A stretch of 64,000 nucleotides of DNA from a virus (taxonomy: Duplodnaviria > Heunggongvirae > Uroviricota > Caudoviricetes), in IMG/VR virus record IMGVR_UViG_3300037312_000757; one strand, given 5' to 3'. Within the stretch, counting starts at the first letter, position 1. Each line of letters opens with the position of its first letter. The notes beneath the pieces are model-generated. The model was not told the origin of the DNA. It saw only the letters and a list, made by a program, of their open reading frames with translations, and did not search any database. This document shows, one piece after another, positions 62,741 to 64,000 of the stretch. The translations under genes and the position numbers were made by a program.

Positions 62741-63259
62741 TTACTTCAGGTGTTCGTCAAATTCGTATGCGGTCCAGGGAGTAAACTGACCAGCCTTGAC
62801 AAAGTTTGGTACTTGGACACACCACACACCGTTGTTTTCGGTGTTGCCGAAATCGCTATGCAGTTTCAGCGTCGTGTACGCACCGATCTTGGGCATGTTG
62901 GGGAAACGTGTACCGATCAGAATCGCGAATAGCTCACCACGTGCTGACGTTGGTTCTGGGCAAGCAGCCACGAACTCATCTGTCAGTTGGTCTGGGCGGA
63001 TTTCCAGAGTAACGCGGAGGCCTGCATCCATCAGCTTGTTAGCTGTCTCGAATGCGCGTGGAATGTCCATATCCAGTGGATTACCAGCAGGGTCATACAT
63101 GAAACCGATCAAAATGTGGTTACATTTGTAATCGAGCGTCATTTGCTTGCACTCTTCATAGTCATATTGACCTGGTGCAATCATTGTGGGTTGCAAGAAA
63201 TGCTTAGTTGCTTCAATTTCCAAACCACGGAAAAAGCGGACTGGTTGTGTACGATCCAT
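62741..63259 (-). CDS. Hypothetical protein
   Basis: SD AAGGA; ORF track. Confidence 0.7.
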   Translation of the reverse strand: MDRTQPVRFFRGLEIEATKHFLQPTMIAPGQYDYEECKQMTLDYKCNHILIGFMYDPAGNPLDMDIPRAFETANKLMDAGLRVTLEIRPDQLTDEFVAACPEPTSARGELFAILIGTRFPNMPKIGAYTTLKLHSDFGNTENNGVWCVQVPNFVKAGQFTPWTAYEFDEHLK

Positions 63260-63352
63260 TTGAAATCCTTTGTTAAGTTAGTGAGTGTGATTTTACTGAT
63301 TAATGCGTAGTTGTCAAAATATCAACGGCGTATAGTGAATATGCCGTTTCTG

Positions 63353-63769
63353 TTATTTGATCCAGAATTTATTCTTGTCCGTGTACCACTTTGCGGTGAG
63401 TGTCATTGGCTTATGAGCTGCTGACTTCACTGCCGTCTTGATGACCGAAATGTTAGGCTGGTTGACCTTTGGCTGTACCAAGTCCTTTGGTTGCACCAAG
63501 GCACGCAATGATTGCATGATCTCTTCATCAATGGCCTTTTGAATCTCTTCAGCCATGATATCAGACATTTCACCTTCGAGGTCTTGTCTAAATCCCAGAC
63601 CTGCATCAAATGCGAGACGAAATGCAATTGCGACTTCTTCATCAAAGATATCAAAATTGTGGTAACAGCCACTCTTGTGATATTCGTAATCCGAATAGTC
63701 ATTCTGGCTTTGGAACCAGTCTTTTACTTCCTGGAGAGCTTCTTTGTCTCCCTCAATCCACAGCTTCAT
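63353..63769 (-). CDS. Protein containing two gp23 (major capsid)-like segments
   Basis: DLEGEMSDIMAEEIQKAIDEEIMQSLRAL and ISVIKTAVKS...LTAKW. Confidence 0.65.
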   Translation of the reverse strand: MKLWIEGDKEALQEVKDWFQSQNDYSDYEYHKSGCYHNFDIFDEEVAIAFRLAFDAGLGFRQDLEGEMSDIMAEEIQKAIDEEIMQSLRALVQPKDLVQPKVNQPNISVIKTAVKSAAHKPMTLTAKWYTDKNKFWIK

Positions 63770-63999
63770 TATGGTACTCGAACGTTAATTGCCCCGGTAC
63801 TACCTGGGGGACTTAGTAGTGGTACATATGGCGCATAGAAATAACCAGCATCGACCTTCTGTTCCCCGAATGTAAAACAGTAGCCACGTTTTACGTTATC
63901 GAACGCCAGGAAGAATTCCAATGCCACGTTATCACCCAACACTGAAATGTCATACGTCCACAGCTCACCATCAGACCTATGTTTGTTCAAATCCCAACC
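63769..63999 (-). CDS. 5'-truncated protein ending in a gp23 C-terminal motif
   Basis: DAGYFYAPYVPL; frame is open to the window edge. Confidence 0.6.
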   Translation of the reverse strand, partial: GWDLNKHRSDGELWTYDISVLGDNVALEFFLAFDNVKRGYCFTFGEQKVDAGYFYAPYVPLLSPPGSTGAINVRVP

Positions 64000-64000
64000 A

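Overview
This is a 64-kb segment of a large lytic dsDNA phage, most likely a T4-related jumbo myophage. It has very dense short ORFs, sigma70-type early promoters, and T4-type late promoters (TATAAATA/TAAATA), with no bacterial housekeeping operons. Burkholderia-like lipoproteins suggest a Burkholderiales host (inference). It is an accessory/host-takeover region. Recognisable genes: NAD+ salvage pair (nadV, natV-type NMNAT-Nudix), editing-domain-less ThrRS, CCA-adding enzyme, tRNA-Arg(TCT), vWA/DUF2828 protein, T7 gp0.7-like kinase, GNAT, SleB-type hydrolase, NAD-dependent epimerase, RNase H-like protein, DEDD-type exonuclease, TraR/DksA, Lar-like proteins and two host-like lipoproteins (glycoside hydrolase; FG-GAP). 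Most notable unexplained patterns: (1) small ORFs carrying isolated pieces of the T4-type major capsid protein gp23, including a Gol-peptide-like segment; (2) more than 20 dispersed stem-loop promoter/RBS units, each heading a 1-3 gene cassette, with an ATG at the predicted +1; (3) an identical-loop hairpin in front of both NAD genes; (4) candidate stand-alone small RNAs; (5) an atypical ThrRS; (6) late proteins with capsid-targeting-like N-termini. All annotations are by eye; no searches were run. The standard genetic code fits.
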